Below, piece after piece: positions 9,567 to 18,719 of a DNA stretch of 58,968 nucleotides. The DNA is from Phycisphaeraceae bacterium. GTDB lineage: Bacteria; Planctomycetota; Phycisphaerae; Phycisphaerales; Zrk34. Where the stretch lies: the NCBI GenBank assembly GCA_040905565.1, contig JBBDRF010000052.1, positions 1 to 58,968 of the forward strand. Direction: 5' to 3'. Position 1 is the stretch's first letter. The number at the start of each line of letters is the position of its first letter. The notes under the pieces are model-generated. The model had not been told where the DNA came from and did not search any database. It worked only from the letters and a program-made list of their open reading frames with translations. The translations under genes were made by a program, and so were the position numbers.

Positions 9567-10466
9567 ATGGCTGAACAGATCTGGAAACTTAAGCAGCAAC
9601 TGTGCGATGTCGGCACGAAAATCTGGCAGCGCGGCTTCTGTGCCGGCAACGAAGGCAACCACTCGGTTCGCATCGGCGAAGACCGCGTTTTGTGCACGCC
9701 GACCGGCTATTCGAAAGGCTCGCTGACGCCGGACATGGTCTGCTTGGTCGACATGGACGGCAAGCAGATCGACACGGCGAACAAGTACAAGAGGACGAGC
9801 GAGGTGCTCGTTCACCTGGCGATTTACAAGAAGCGGCCGGACGTTCGGGCGGTGATTCATTCGCATCCGCCGCACGCCACCGCGTTCGCCATCGCAGGCA
9901 TCCCGCTGCCCGAAGGCATCCACCCCGAGGCGGAGGTTTTCCTCGGCCGCGTGCCGACCGCTCCCTATGCCACGCCGAGCAAGCAGGACCTACCCGACTC
10001 GATCATCCCGCTGATTGACGAGCACACCAACTCGGTGCTGATGGGCAACCACGGCGTGGTGTGCTTCTCGAAATCGCTGGAGGATACGTACTACAAGCTG
10101 GAAATCCTCGACGCGTACAGCCGCATTCTGATGCTGGTGAAACAGCTCGGGGCGGTGAACGTGCTTGACTCCAACCAGATGACCGAGCTGCTGGAAGTGA
10201 AGCAGAACTTCGGCATGCCCGACAAGCGTCTGGCCTGTGCGCCGACCGGCTGCATCGGCGACGTGAACGAGCCGTTCCTGGCGACGTTCGATGTTCGCCC
10301 CGCGACGGCTTCGTGCAACTGCGACGGCGGCGCCGTGCAGAACATCCCCTCGGCATCGACCACCACGACCACCACCAACGGCAACGGCTCCGCCACGATC
10401 GGCGACCAGGAGTTTGAGCAAATGGTGCAGCAGATTACCGACCAGATCCTCGCCGCGGCAGGCTGA
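9567..10466 (+). CDS. Class II aldolase (fuculose/rhamnulose-1-P aldolase-like) with C-terminal encapsulation peptide
   Basis: EGNHS, TSEVLVH, HSHPPH and NHG metal ligands. C-terminal FEQMVQQITDQILAAAG. Confidence 0.92.
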   Translation: MAEQIWKLKQQLCDVGTKIWQRGFCAGNEGNHSVRIGEDRVLCTPTGYSKGSLTPDMVCLVDMDGKQIDTANKYKRTSEVLVHLAIYKKRPDVRAVIHSHPPHATAFAIAGIPLPEGIHPEAEVFLGRVPTAPYATPSKQDLPDSIIPLIDEHTNSVLMGNHGVVCFSKSLEDTYYKLEILDAYSRILMLVKQLGAVNVLDSNQMTELLEVKQNFGMPDKRLACAPTGCIGDVNEPFLATFDVRPATASCNCDGGAVQNIPSASTTTTTTNGNGSATIGDQEFEQMVQQITDQILAAAG

Positions 10467-10495
10467 TTCCCGAACGCAATCGCAGGAGCATCCAT

Positions 10496-11413
10496 ATGAA
10501 AGTGTCCATCATCGGCGGCGGCGGCCGCGTCGGTTCCAACGCTGCGTTCGCACTGCAATGTGCGGGTATCGTCCACGAGATCGCACTCGTGGACGCCAAT
10601 CGTGACATGGCCAACGGCGAGGCGCTCGACCTGCTCCACGGGGCCTCGATCGGAGCCGATCAAAAGATCTACGCCTGCGAAATCGGCGACGTCGCCGACA
10701 GCGACATCGTCTGCATTACCGCCGGTTCCAGGCGAAAGCCCGATGAAAGTCGGCTGGATCTGATCAACCGCAACGTCGCAATTTTTACGCAGATTCTCGA
10801 CAACCTCAAAGCGGCGAACCTGAAGCGCGACGCGATCATCTTCGTCGTCTCCAACCCCGTCGACGTGCTGACCCGCTTGGCCATCGAGCACCTTGATTGG
10901 CCTGCGGAGAAGGTGATGGGCCTCGGCACGGTGCTGGATACGGCTCGTTTCCGCTCGATGATCGCAGCGGATCAGAACCTGCCGCCGACGCAGGTGAAGG
11001 CGTTGATTATCGGTGAGCATGGCGACACGATGACGCCGTTGTGGTCGAGTGCGACGGTGGCGGGCGTTTCGCTGACGAAGCTTTTGAGCGTGGCGCAGCA
11101 GAACGATCTGTTCAAGCGGACGCAGGGTTCGGGCGCTGAGGTGATCCGTGGCAAGGGCGGCGCGGGATGGGCGGTGGGCCTGTCGATTGCGGAGGTAATC
11201 CACAGTATCGCATTGGATCAGCACAAGCTTCTCCCCGTCGCCAGCCGTATGAACGGCGAGTACGGGCTGCGGAATGTTTGCCTTTCGATCCCGACGGTCG
11301 TCGGCCGATCGGGCGTGGTCGGCACGCTGGAAGCGGAGCTGTGGCCTAAGGAACTGACCGGGCTTCAAGGTAGTGCGAGGGCACTCGAAGAGACCTGGTC
11401 GAAACTCGGCTAA
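10496..11413 (+). CDS. L-lactate/malate dehydrogenase family protein
   Basis: IIGGGGRVG Rossmann motif, SNPVD, LDTAR and GEHGD. Confidence 0.92.
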   Translation: MKVSIIGGGGRVGSNAAFALQCAGIVHEIALVDANRDMANGEALDLLHGASIGADQKIYACEIGDVADSDIVCITAGSRRKPDESRLDLINRNVAIFTQILDNLKAANLKRDAIIFVVSNPVDVLTRLAIEHLDWPAEKVMGLGTVLDTARFRSMIAADQNLPPTQVKALIIGEHGDTMTPLWSSATVAGVSLTKLLSVAQQNDLFKRTQGSGAEVIRGKGGAGWAVGLSIAEVIHSIALDQHKLLPVASRMNGEYGLRNVCLSIPTVVGRSGVVGTLEAELWPKELTGLQGSARALEETWSKLG

Positions 11414-11425
11414 ACGTTGAATACA

Positions 11426-11619
11426 AGCCGCGACCGTAAGGGAGCGGTTGTGTCTCGGGACTGGGAAAGAAGAAATAATAACCACAGAGGCACAGAGGAA
11501 GAGGAGGTAAGAAAGAAGAGAAAGAAGACATTTAAGAAGAACAAAAGTCGGGTGTTTTGTTCTTCGATTCGTCCTTCTCTTCTCTGCCTTTTCTCCTCCC
11601 CCTCTGTGCCTCTGTGGTT
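11426..11619. repeat. REP (agccgcgaccgtaagggagcgg) plus long inverted-repeat element copy 2
   Basis: aaccacagaggcacagagg (11480-11498) is the perfect reverse complement of 11601-11619. Purine-rich then pyrimidine-rich interior. Confidence 0.8.
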
Positions 11620-11658
11620 CAACAATTTGGTTCGCGATGCGTCGCAGGGACTAGAACT

Positions 11659-12879
11659 ATGATTGCTAAATCGCTCGATCAGAAGCTTGCGAACATTCTC
11701 GCGGACTCCTCGTGCAAGGACTTTATTCTTGCCGATGCGAAGGACGCGGACATGGCGTTCGGGCTTTCTGCGCCCGGCAAGAGTCCCGAGCATCATGCGC
11801 ATGAGGGCAACTTCCGGTCGCTTGATGATTACCGCCGGCTGATTCGTGATGTGGTGGATCAGGGGCTTGTGGACATCATGCTGATGAGCGCGTCGACGAG
11901 CGAACTGCTGACGATTCGCCAGCGGCTGTTCGACAACTCGCACATCACGCCGGCCATCCGGGCCAACGATACCAGCGAGATCTGGCTTGCGGGCGGTGAG
12001 GTGCAGTACGCCAATCAGCCTTCGAGACCGTTCCGGACGGCGACGCTTGATCATGCGATGTGCGGCAAGGCGGCGTGCGAACCGGAAGAACGGACCCTCG
12101 GTGCGGACCTGGGTTTGTACTCGGTCACGTTCAACAACGACATCCAACTCGACGGCGACACGCTTGAAGCGTACAAAGCTTTCCGCATTGAAGCGGAGCA
12201 GAAGAACTTCAGGCATTTTCTCGAGCTTTTTGATCCGAATGCGCCCGCTGTGCCGGTGCCGAATGTTGGCAAGTTTCTGAATGATCACATTGCCCGGACG
12301 CTGGCGGGCGTGACCAGCAAGGGGCGGCCGATCTTTCTTAAGATTCCGTACCACGGCCCGGAGGCGATGGAGGCGCTGGCGACTTATGATCCGAACCTTG
12401 TGCCGGGCATCCTCGGTGGCGGGGCGGGGACGACGTACGATGCGTTCTTCCAGCTTCACGATGCCCGCAAGCACGGCGCGCGGGCGGCGCTGTATGGACG
12501 CAAGATCAATCATTCGGAACATCAGCTGACGTTTGTGCGTTACCTGCGGGCGCTGGCGGATGATGAGATTAAACCGGATGAAGCGGTCAAGGCTTATCAT
12601 GGCGATCTTCAGCGACTGAGCATTCAGCCTTACCGGTCGCTGGAAGAGGATATGAAACTCACCGTGACGGCGACCGCTTACGGCGGGACGAAGACAGCGG
12701 TGGCGGTCGATGGCGGTCGGCCCGCGCCCGCGGCGCATTCCGCTGCGGCGAACATTTCGAACAATGGTCATGCCAGCGTCAGCAACAACGGCAGCGACCG
12801 ACCTGATTTTGCAGCCATGAGCAGTGCCGATCGCATTGCGTATCATCGTGCCAGGCTGGATCGTCGGTTCGGCCGATGA
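11659..12879 (+). CDS. Uncharacterised class I aldolase-like (DhnA/LsrF-type TIM barrel) protein
   Basis: LGADLG, FLKIPY (candidate Schiff-base Lys), GILGGG and GARAALYGRKI resemble DhnA/LsrF motifs. Confidence 0.6.
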   Translation: MIAKSLDQKLANILADSSCKDFILADAKDADMAFGLSAPGKSPEHHAHEGNFRSLDDYRRLIRDVVDQGLVDIMLMSASTSELLTIRQRLFDNSHITPAIRANDTSEIWLAGGEVQYANQPSRPFRTATLDHAMCGKAACEPEERTLGADLGLYSVTFNNDIQLDGDTLEAYKAFRIEAEQKNFRHFLELFDPNAPAVPVPNVGKFLNDHIARTLAGVTSKGRPIFLKIPYHGPEAMEALATYDPNLVPGILGGGAGTTYDAFFQLHDARKHGARAALYGRKINHSEHQLTFVRYLRALADDEIKPDEAVKAYHGDLQRLSIQPYRSLEEDMKLTVTATAYGGTKTAVAVDGGRPAPAAHSAAANISNNGHASVSNNGSDRPDFAAMSSADRIAYHRARLDRRFGR

Positions 12880-12921
12880 CTGTTTTGATGCTACTCCAAT
12901 GCCCCTGCGGCCGTGGATTTC

Positions 12922-13677
12922 ATGCTAGTTCTTGAACGTCAGCAGCGCCTGCTCGACATGCTTCGCCAGCAGAAGGCGGTTGATCTGGACTCGTTGGCGC
13001 AGGCGCTGAACGTGAGCGGCTCGACGGTAAGGCGTGATCTTGATCGCCTGGAGGATCAGGGGCTGGTGGAGCGCACGCATGGCGGGGCGGTTTACCGGGG
13101 GCCTCGCAATCATCCGGTCGCGTTTGATGAGCGGCTGAACGTTCACATCGAAGCGAAGAAGGCAATCGGGCAGTATGCCGCTTCGCTGGTGCAGCCGAAC
13201 ATGACGCTGCTGCTGGACGGGGGTTCAAGTGTTTATTTTGCGGCGGAGCGGATCACGGCAAGGCCGCTGCAGGTGGTGACCAATTCGCTGACGATTGCGA
13301 ATCTGTTCGCCGACGATGAGCAGGTTGATCTGGTGATGATCGGGGGATCGTTGTATCCGCGGACGGGGGTGCTGGTGGGGCCGTTGGCGACGGCGGCGCT
13401 GGCGGAGCTGCATGCGGATCTGCTGCTGTTTTCGACGGCGGGGATCTTCGACGGCTATGCGTACAACCTGAACATCGACCAGGCGCAGGTCGAACGCGTG
13501 ATGATTCAGCAGGCGGCTCGTGCGGTGATGCTGATGGATAGCTCGAAGTTCGGGCGGAAGTCGTTGGCGCGCGTGTGTCGTCTGGAGCAGACCGAAGCGG
13601 TGGTGACCGACGACAGGATCAGCGAGAAATGGCAACGGCTGACGGGGGACCGGTTGATCGTGGCACCGTCGACCTAG
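12922..13677 (+). CDS. DeoR/GlpR family transcriptional regulator
   Basis: HTH VSGSTVRRDL, RTHGGA, LDGGSS, VTNS and DSSKFG motifs. Confidence 0.93.
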   Translation: MLVLERQQRLLDMLRQQKAVDLDSLAQALNVSGSTVRRDLDRLEDQGLVERTHGGAVYRGPRNHPVAFDERLNVHIEAKKAIGQYAASLVQPNMTLLLDGGSSVYFAAERITARPLQVVTNSLTIANLFADDEQVDLVMIGGSLYPRTGVLVGPLATAALAELHADLLLFSTAGIFDGYAYNLNIDQAQVERVMIQQAARAVMLMDSSKFGRKSLARVCRLEQTEAVVTDDRISEKWQRLTGDRLIVAPST

Positions 13678-15932
13678 CCGCGGTCGAGGCGCTGCTGGAC
13701 GCGGGCGTTCTGGTCGGGCGTGAGTTGGCGGTTGGGGTCGAGGTAGGCCTGCTCGTTGAGGGTCAACACGTCGCGGTACCATTGGGCGGCACGGGTTTGT
13801 TCGCCGAGTTCCCAGGCGGCATCGGCGGCGAGGAGGCGGGCTTGGAGGCTGTGCGGATCGTGCGGGAGCATGGCCTCGGCGGCGGCGAGGGTGCGGGCCT
13901 TCCAGATTTCATCTTGCGTGAGTTGATAGGCGCGATTGCTGATGGCGAGTTCGAGTCGCCAAAGGCTTGCATGGCTGCCGTGGGCGCGGCCGGCTTCGAG
14001 GGAGTCGCGGGCGGCGGCCCAGGCGACATCGCGAGCGCGGGTGTCGCGGCGCTGGTGGGCGTTCTCGGCACGTTGGACATAAAGCTGGACGGCGTGCTGG
14101 GCGATGCGCGGGTTCGGCGGAAGACCATCGGCCCCCGCAGCGGCGAGCGCCTCGGTGGCGAGGTGAATGCGACCGGCGGCGGCCTGGCGTGCGGCTTCGG
14201 CAAGGTGCGACTGCTGACGCGCGATCGGCACGACGAGCATGGTGAGAACGACGATGAGGGCAACGCCTGTGAACGCGAGTGCGGTCGGTGGCGCGAAGCG
14301 TTTCACGCTGGCTTGTGAGGGCGCGGGTTGGGGTGAACCGGCGGTGATGCCGAGGAACGCGAGCAGGAGGGGCGGGGCCATGGTGCTGGTGAGCGAGAGC
14401 TCGATCTGGGCGTGGGCGATCATCGCGGCGACGGCGGCGAAGAGGCCGACGCAGGCGTAGCGGGTATCAATCTCACGGCGGCCGGCGAGCCAACCGGCGA
14501 GGGCGATCCAGCAGCCGGTGGCGAGCATCCAGAGCAGGGCAGCGTCGATCCAGTAACGCGGCAGCTCGATGACGTACTGCGTGCCGAAGGCGAGCACGGC
14601 GATCGCGGCGACGGCGAGCCAGCGGGCGCGGCGAGCGGGTTGGGGCTCGTCAGCATCCAGCAGAGTGGGTTCGATGGCGGCCCGGCTGCCGAGGGATTTC
14701 GCGGCGTGCCAGAGGAGGCTGAGGAGGAGTGCGGCCCATGCGAAGCCGGCGAGGCCGAGCGTGGCGATGTAGGCGATGAAGACGCTGTGGGGGTCGTTGA
14801 CATCCTCGGGGCTGAGAGGATTCTTGTGCAGCAGACAGGCGTTCTGGAAGTTGCCGGGGCCGACGCCGACGAGCGGACGTTCGGCGAACATGCTGGCCGC
14901 GGCCTGCCAGTAGTGCCAGCGGAACAGTAGCGAGCGTTCGCCGGCTGCGGTGTCCGGTTCGCCGAAGACGAGGCCTCGGAGGACGACGGCACCAAGACAG
15001 AAGATGACGACGGCGAGGAGGAGAACGGCCCACGAGCGACCGCTTATTCGGGGCGTGAGTTTGAAACGCCAGGTGAGGATGCAGGCGACCGCGGCAGCGC
15101 CGAGACCGAGGGCGATGGCGAGAATGGCGCCGCGGCTGAAGGTGAAGATGACGACGGTGAAGGCGAGCGCGGCGACAACGGCGAGGGCAGCGCCCCCCCA
15201 TTTTGCCCGACGCGAGCGGCCGGCGAGCATGGCGGCGAGGAAGCCGACGGCGGCGAGTGCGAGCGTGGCCATGACGGTGCCGAGCACGTTGCCGAGCGCG
15301 AAGCGGCCGGTGGCCTGGAGCTGATAGAGGCGTTCTTCGAACTTGCGGTGCTCGAGCGATCCCTCAGCCCAGCCTCGTGATTCGAGGTAGTCGGCCCGCT
15401 GCTCCTCGTAGCCGGCGATCGTGGTCGGATGTTCCACGCCGATCTGGTAGAGCGCCTGAATGCCGAGTGGGATGATGAGCGCGACGAGGGCGGCGAGGAT
15501 GAGGCGGCGGTGGCGACTGTCGCAGCCGAGGTGGATGGCGGCGAGGCCGAGCGCCAGGGCACCGGCCCAGTTGCCGGCGAGGCGGAGGCTGTCGGCGTGT
15601 TGCGAACCATGATGAAGCGCGACGATCAGCCCCAGAAGCCAGAGTATCGCGAGGCCCCACCAGACACGCTGGCCTCGGAGAAGGTTCGCGCTCATGGCGA
15701 GGACGAGGACGACCATGGCGAGCCAATCGAGCAGGGCGGCTCCGAACGCGCCGACTTCCGGCGCGCCGCCCTCCGCAGCGGACCAGTGGGGATCGGGGTT
15801 GAACGGCACCACGCATCGCAATGCTGCCAGGGCCACGAGGCCGACCACGGCGACCCATGCGATGGCGTTACCTGTTGCATGTGAGGCGGTGATGGGGGCG
15901 ATCGATTTGACGGTGGTTGCGGTCGTATTCAT
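13674..15932 (-). CDS. O-antigen ligase / O-oligosaccharyltransferase family membrane protein with C-terminal TPR-like region
   Basis: Many TM helices, TFSRGA, FRWHYW...RPLVGVGPGNF...DPHS (Wzy_C type). Confidence 0.8.
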   Translation of the reverse strand: MNTTATTVKSIAPITASHATGNAIAWVAVVGLVALAALRCVVPFNPDPHWSAAEGGAPEVGAFGAALLDWLAMVVLVLAMSANLLRGQRVWWGLAILWLLGLIVALHHGSQHADSLRLAGNWAGALALGLAAIHLGCDSRHRRLILAALVALIIPLGIQALYQIGVEHPTTIAGYEEQRADYLESRGWAEGSLEHRKFEERLYQLQATGRFALGNVLGTVMATLALAAVGFLAAMLAGRSRRAKWGGAALAVVAALAFTVVIFTFSRGAILAIALGLGAAAVACILTWRFKLTPRISGRSWAVLLLAVVIFCLGAVVLRGLVFGEPDTAAGERSLLFRWHYWQAAASMFAERPLVGVGPGNFQNACLLHKNPLSPEDVNDPHSVFIAYIATLGLAGFAWAALLLSLLWHAAKSLGSRAAIEPTLLDADEPQPARRARWLAVAAIAVLAFGTQYVIELPRYWIDAALLWMLATGCWIALAGWLAGRREIDTRYACVGLFAAVAAMIAHAQIELSLTSTMAPPLLLAFLGITAGSPQPAPSQASVKRFAPPTALAFTGVALIVVLTMLVVPIARQQSHLAEAARQAAAGRIHLATEALAAAGADGLPPNPRIAQHAVQLYVQRAENAHQRRDTRARDVAWAAARDSLEAGRAHGSHASLWRLELAISNRAYQLTQDEIWKARTLAAAEAMLPHDPHSLQARLLAADAAWELGEQTRAAQWYRDVLTLNEQAYLDPNRQLTPDQNARVQQRLDRG

Positions 15933-17101
15933 CGGACCCCCCCCACCTTTTCGTGGGTGCTGGCGGTTGGTTGGGGCGAGTCGACAAACGCCTGCGACGT
16001 AGTCGGGTCAACGGTGGGGGGGGGTGGGGGGGTGCGTTCGAGGAGTGCGAGGATTAGAAGGATGAGGCCGGTCTGCGTTGCGATGAGGCCGGCGTGCCAG
16101 GGTTGGGTGATGCTGCTGAGCATGATCGCGCCGATGCCTGTCGCAGCGGTGCAGGCCCAGATCACGATCACGGCAGCGCGGCGGCTGAGGCCCTTGCGGA
16201 CCAGGCGATGCGAAAAATGTTGCGTGTCGCCGACGAGCGGACTCTTGCCTTGCGAGATGCGGATGAGCGTCACGCTGAGCAGGTCGTAGAGGGGGATCGC
16301 GAGCACGAGCATCGGCGTCAGCACCGCCCACCAGCCGATACCGATGGCCGGGTCATAGTAGGTGATGCGGACGGACATGATCGCCATGACGAAGCCGACG
16401 ACCAGTGAGCCGCCGTCGCCCATGAAGATGGTTGCGGGGGGGAAGTTGAACACGAGGAAGCCGAGCAGTGCGCCGAGGAGGAGGGCGAGCACGGCGGCGA
16501 CGAACCATTGGCCGCCGAGGAGTGCGGCGGTGAGGAAGATGGCGGCGGCGACGGCGGCGACGCCTGCGCTGAGGCCGTCCATGTTGTCCAGGAAATTGAA
16601 GGCGTTGGTGAGGGCGACAATCCAGAGGACGGTGATGGTAACGCTGGCGACGGGGCCGAGCAGTTCGAGCAGGCGGATGTCGAAGAAGATGGCGAGGCCG
16701 GCGGCGGCGGTGAGCTGGACGCCGAGCTTCAGGAGGGGGCCGAGGTTGATGCGGTCGTCGATGAGGCCGGTGACATGCAGTGCGGCGGCGGCGAGCAGCA
16801 GGGCGATGGCGAGGGGGGTCTGGCTGCGTGCGCCTTCGAGATGTTCGACGGCTGCGGGCAGCAGCGCTTCCCACCATGCGACGGGCACGACCCAGACGGC
16901 GAGTATGGCGAGGGCGAGCGGGGCGGCGAGTGCCCAGAAGATGGCGATGCCGCCTGTTGCGGGGATGGGACGGTCGTGGATCTTACGATCGCCCGGCTGG
17001 TCAAGCTGACCGAGGCGACCGCCGAGTCGTCGCACGACGGCTGTCAGCGGACAGCTGAGCGCAAAGCCGATGAATAAAAGCAGCAGGCAGGCATACGTCA
17101 T
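15929..17101 (-). CDS. wecA: Undecaprenyl-phosphate GlcNAc-1-phosphate transferase (WecA/MraY family)
   Basis: RKIH, GLIDD, NAFNFLDNMDGL, FNFPPATIFMGDGGS and HFSHRL motifs. Confidence 0.9.
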   Translation of the reverse strand: MTYACLLLLFIGFALSCPLTAVVRRLGGRLGQLDQPGDRKIHDRPIPATGGIAIFWALAAPLALAILAVWVVPVAWWEALLPAAVEHLEGARSQTPLAIALLLAAAALHVTGLIDDRINLGPLLKLGVQLTAAAGLAIFFDIRLLELLGPVASVTITVLWIVALTNAFNFLDNMDGLSAGVAAVAAAIFLTAALLGGQWFVAAVLALLLGALLGFLVFNFPPATIFMGDGGSLVVGFVMAIMSVRITYYDPAIGIGWWAVLTPMLVLAIPLYDLLSVTLIRISQGKSPLVGDTQHFSHRLVRKGLSRRAAVIVIWACTAATGIGAIMLSSITQPWHAGLIATQTGLILLILALLERTPPPPPTVDPTTSQAFVDSPQPTASTHEKVGGVR

Positions 17102-17165
17102 AGCCCGTATTAGACGCACCCCGAGCCGAGCGGGCAATGGGCGGCAGATTTAGTGTCAGGCGAGT

Positions 17166-17238
17166 GTGCCACTGGTGGCTTGCCCACCAGTGCCCGGGCC
17201 GTACGTCAAAACACTGGTGGACAAGCCACCAGTGGCAC
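17166..17238. repeat. REPIN-like element, copy 1 (27-nt arms, 19-nt spacer)
   Basis: GTGCCACTGGTGGCTTGCCCACCAGTG-N19-CACTGGTGGACAAGCCACCAGTGGCAC. Arms identical to 33546-33618. Confidence 0.9.
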
Positions 17239-17321
17239 GCCACATGAAGCGATGCTTGCGCTGCAATGGCATCTCGTCGTTCCGTCGAACGGTGGCTTAC
17301 AGTTCCCGCGCGCCAAGCAAC

Positions 17322-18719
17322 TTAAACGCCCCGGCGGTGATCGGTGATTTTCGGCAGGGCGTCGGCGACCTTTCGCAGGGCGCGGCCGACGGCGCGGACG
17401 TCGCGTTCGTCGACATCTGTAAACGGCGGCAGGGAGACGAGCTGGTCGGCGAGGGCCTCGGCGTGGGGCAGGGTGGCGCGCCGGGTGGGATCGTCGCGGT
17501 AGCGGTTTGGGCCGCCTGCCATGAAGCCGCCGTGCTGGGTGTAATCAAGTTCGTTGAACAGCGGCAGCTCGTGCAGGAGCCGACCGCGACGGCCCAGCAG
17601 CGTGTAGCGATCGCGCTGAATGGGGACCCCCTCGGCGGCGGCGGCTTTGACGAAGAGGCCTGCGGAGATGCCGTTGGCGTGTTCGGGGTGGAAGCGGAAG
17701 ATGAATTCGAGCAGCCCGCCTCGGCGTGCGCCGGGGTAGATATCGATGGGCCTGAGCGCGGGGCAGTGGCGCAGTTCCTGGGTGAGGATGGCGTAGTTCT
17801 GGCGTCGACGCTGATTGAGTTGATCGAGGCGCGCCAGTGAGCCGAGCGCCAGCAGCACGCCGTACGGATGAGGCCGATACTTGAAGCCGAGGCTGAGTGC
17901 GTCGATGTCGTACGTGGCGGCTTGCTGACCGGAAGCGACGCGCCCGAAGTGGCCGAGCGCCAGCATGTGGTCGTGGAGTTTCGGGTCATCGGTGACGGCC
18001 ACGCCGAGTTCGCCGCCGCTGACGGGCTTGGCGCCCTGCATGGAGAAGCAGCCGATATCGCCCCAGGAGCCGACGGGTTTGCCCTGGAAGGTCGCGCCGT
18101 GGGCGTGTGAGCAATCTTCGATGAGCGTGAGGTTGTGTTTGCGTGCAATGGCGACGAAGCGGTCCATTCTGGCGGGGTTGCCCCAGACGTGAACGACGCA
18201 GATGGCGCGGGTGTTTGGCGTGATGCGTTTTTCGACATCGTCCGGGTCGGCGGTGAGTGTGCGCGGATCGATATCGCAGAAGACGGGCGTGCCACCGAGT
18301 TGCAAGATAGGGGCGGCCGAGGCGTAGAAGGTGTAGCTGGGGACGATGACTTCGTGACCCGGTTTCACGCCGGCTGCGTAGTAGGCGGAGTGGAGCGTGG
18401 CGGTGCCGGAGTTCATGGCGATGGCGTATTGGGATGCGGTGCATTGGGCGAAGGCGCGTTCGAGTTCTCCGATGCAGTCGCCTGCGGTGACGGTGCTGAC
18501 GCCGCGCATGGCGTAGCGGACGATGCGGTAGATGTCGGGCAGGCGGATGGGCTTCCAGCGTTCACGGACGGGGCGGGTGAGGGTGGGTTCGCCGCCGTAG
18601 AGCGCGAGCGAAGCGTTGCCGTTGGCGCGGATGCCGGGTTCAGGATGCTGAGCCGCTTCCGGCATGGGCGTGGCCTTCGGCGCTGCGCTGAGCGTGGGTT
18701 CGGTAGTTCTGGTAGTCAT
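17322..18719 (-). CDS. DegT/DnrJ/EryC1/StrS PLP-dependent sugar aminotransferase
   Basis: NSGTATLH, VHVWG, IEDCSHAHG and FSMQGAKP (PLP Lys). Start uncertain (18719 or 18665). Confidence 0.92.
   Translation of the reverse strand: MTTRTTEPTLSAAPKATPMPEAAQHPEPGIRANGNASLALYGGEPTLTRPVRERWKPIRLPDIYRIVRYAMRGVSTVTAGDCIGELERAFAQCTASQYAIAMNSGTATLHSAYYAAGVKPGHEVIVPSYTFYASAAPILQLGGTPVFCDIDPRTLTADPDDVEKRITPNTRAICVVHVWGNPARMDRFVAIARKHNLTLIEDCSHAHGATFQGKPVGSWGDIGCFSMQGAKPVSGGELGVAVTDDPKLHDHMLALGHFGRVASGQQAATYDIDALSLGFKYRPHPYGVLLALGSLARLDQLNQRRRQNYAILTQELRHCPALRPIDIYPGARRGGLLEFIFRFHPEHANGISAGLFVKAAAAEGVPIQRDRYTLLGRRGRLLHELPLFNELDYTQHGGFMAGGPNRYRDDPTRRATLPHAEALADQLVSLPPFTDVDERDVRAVGRALRKVADALPKITDHRRGV

Noticed and set aside
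11417..11662. 81-aa Lys/Glu-rich ORF and the upstream extension of the 11557 ORF
   Set aside because: These are translations of the intergenic hairpin repeat.
3805..12846. Long minus-strand ORFs across the BMC operon
   Set aside because: Shadow frames of well-supported + strand genes, with no recognisable motifs.
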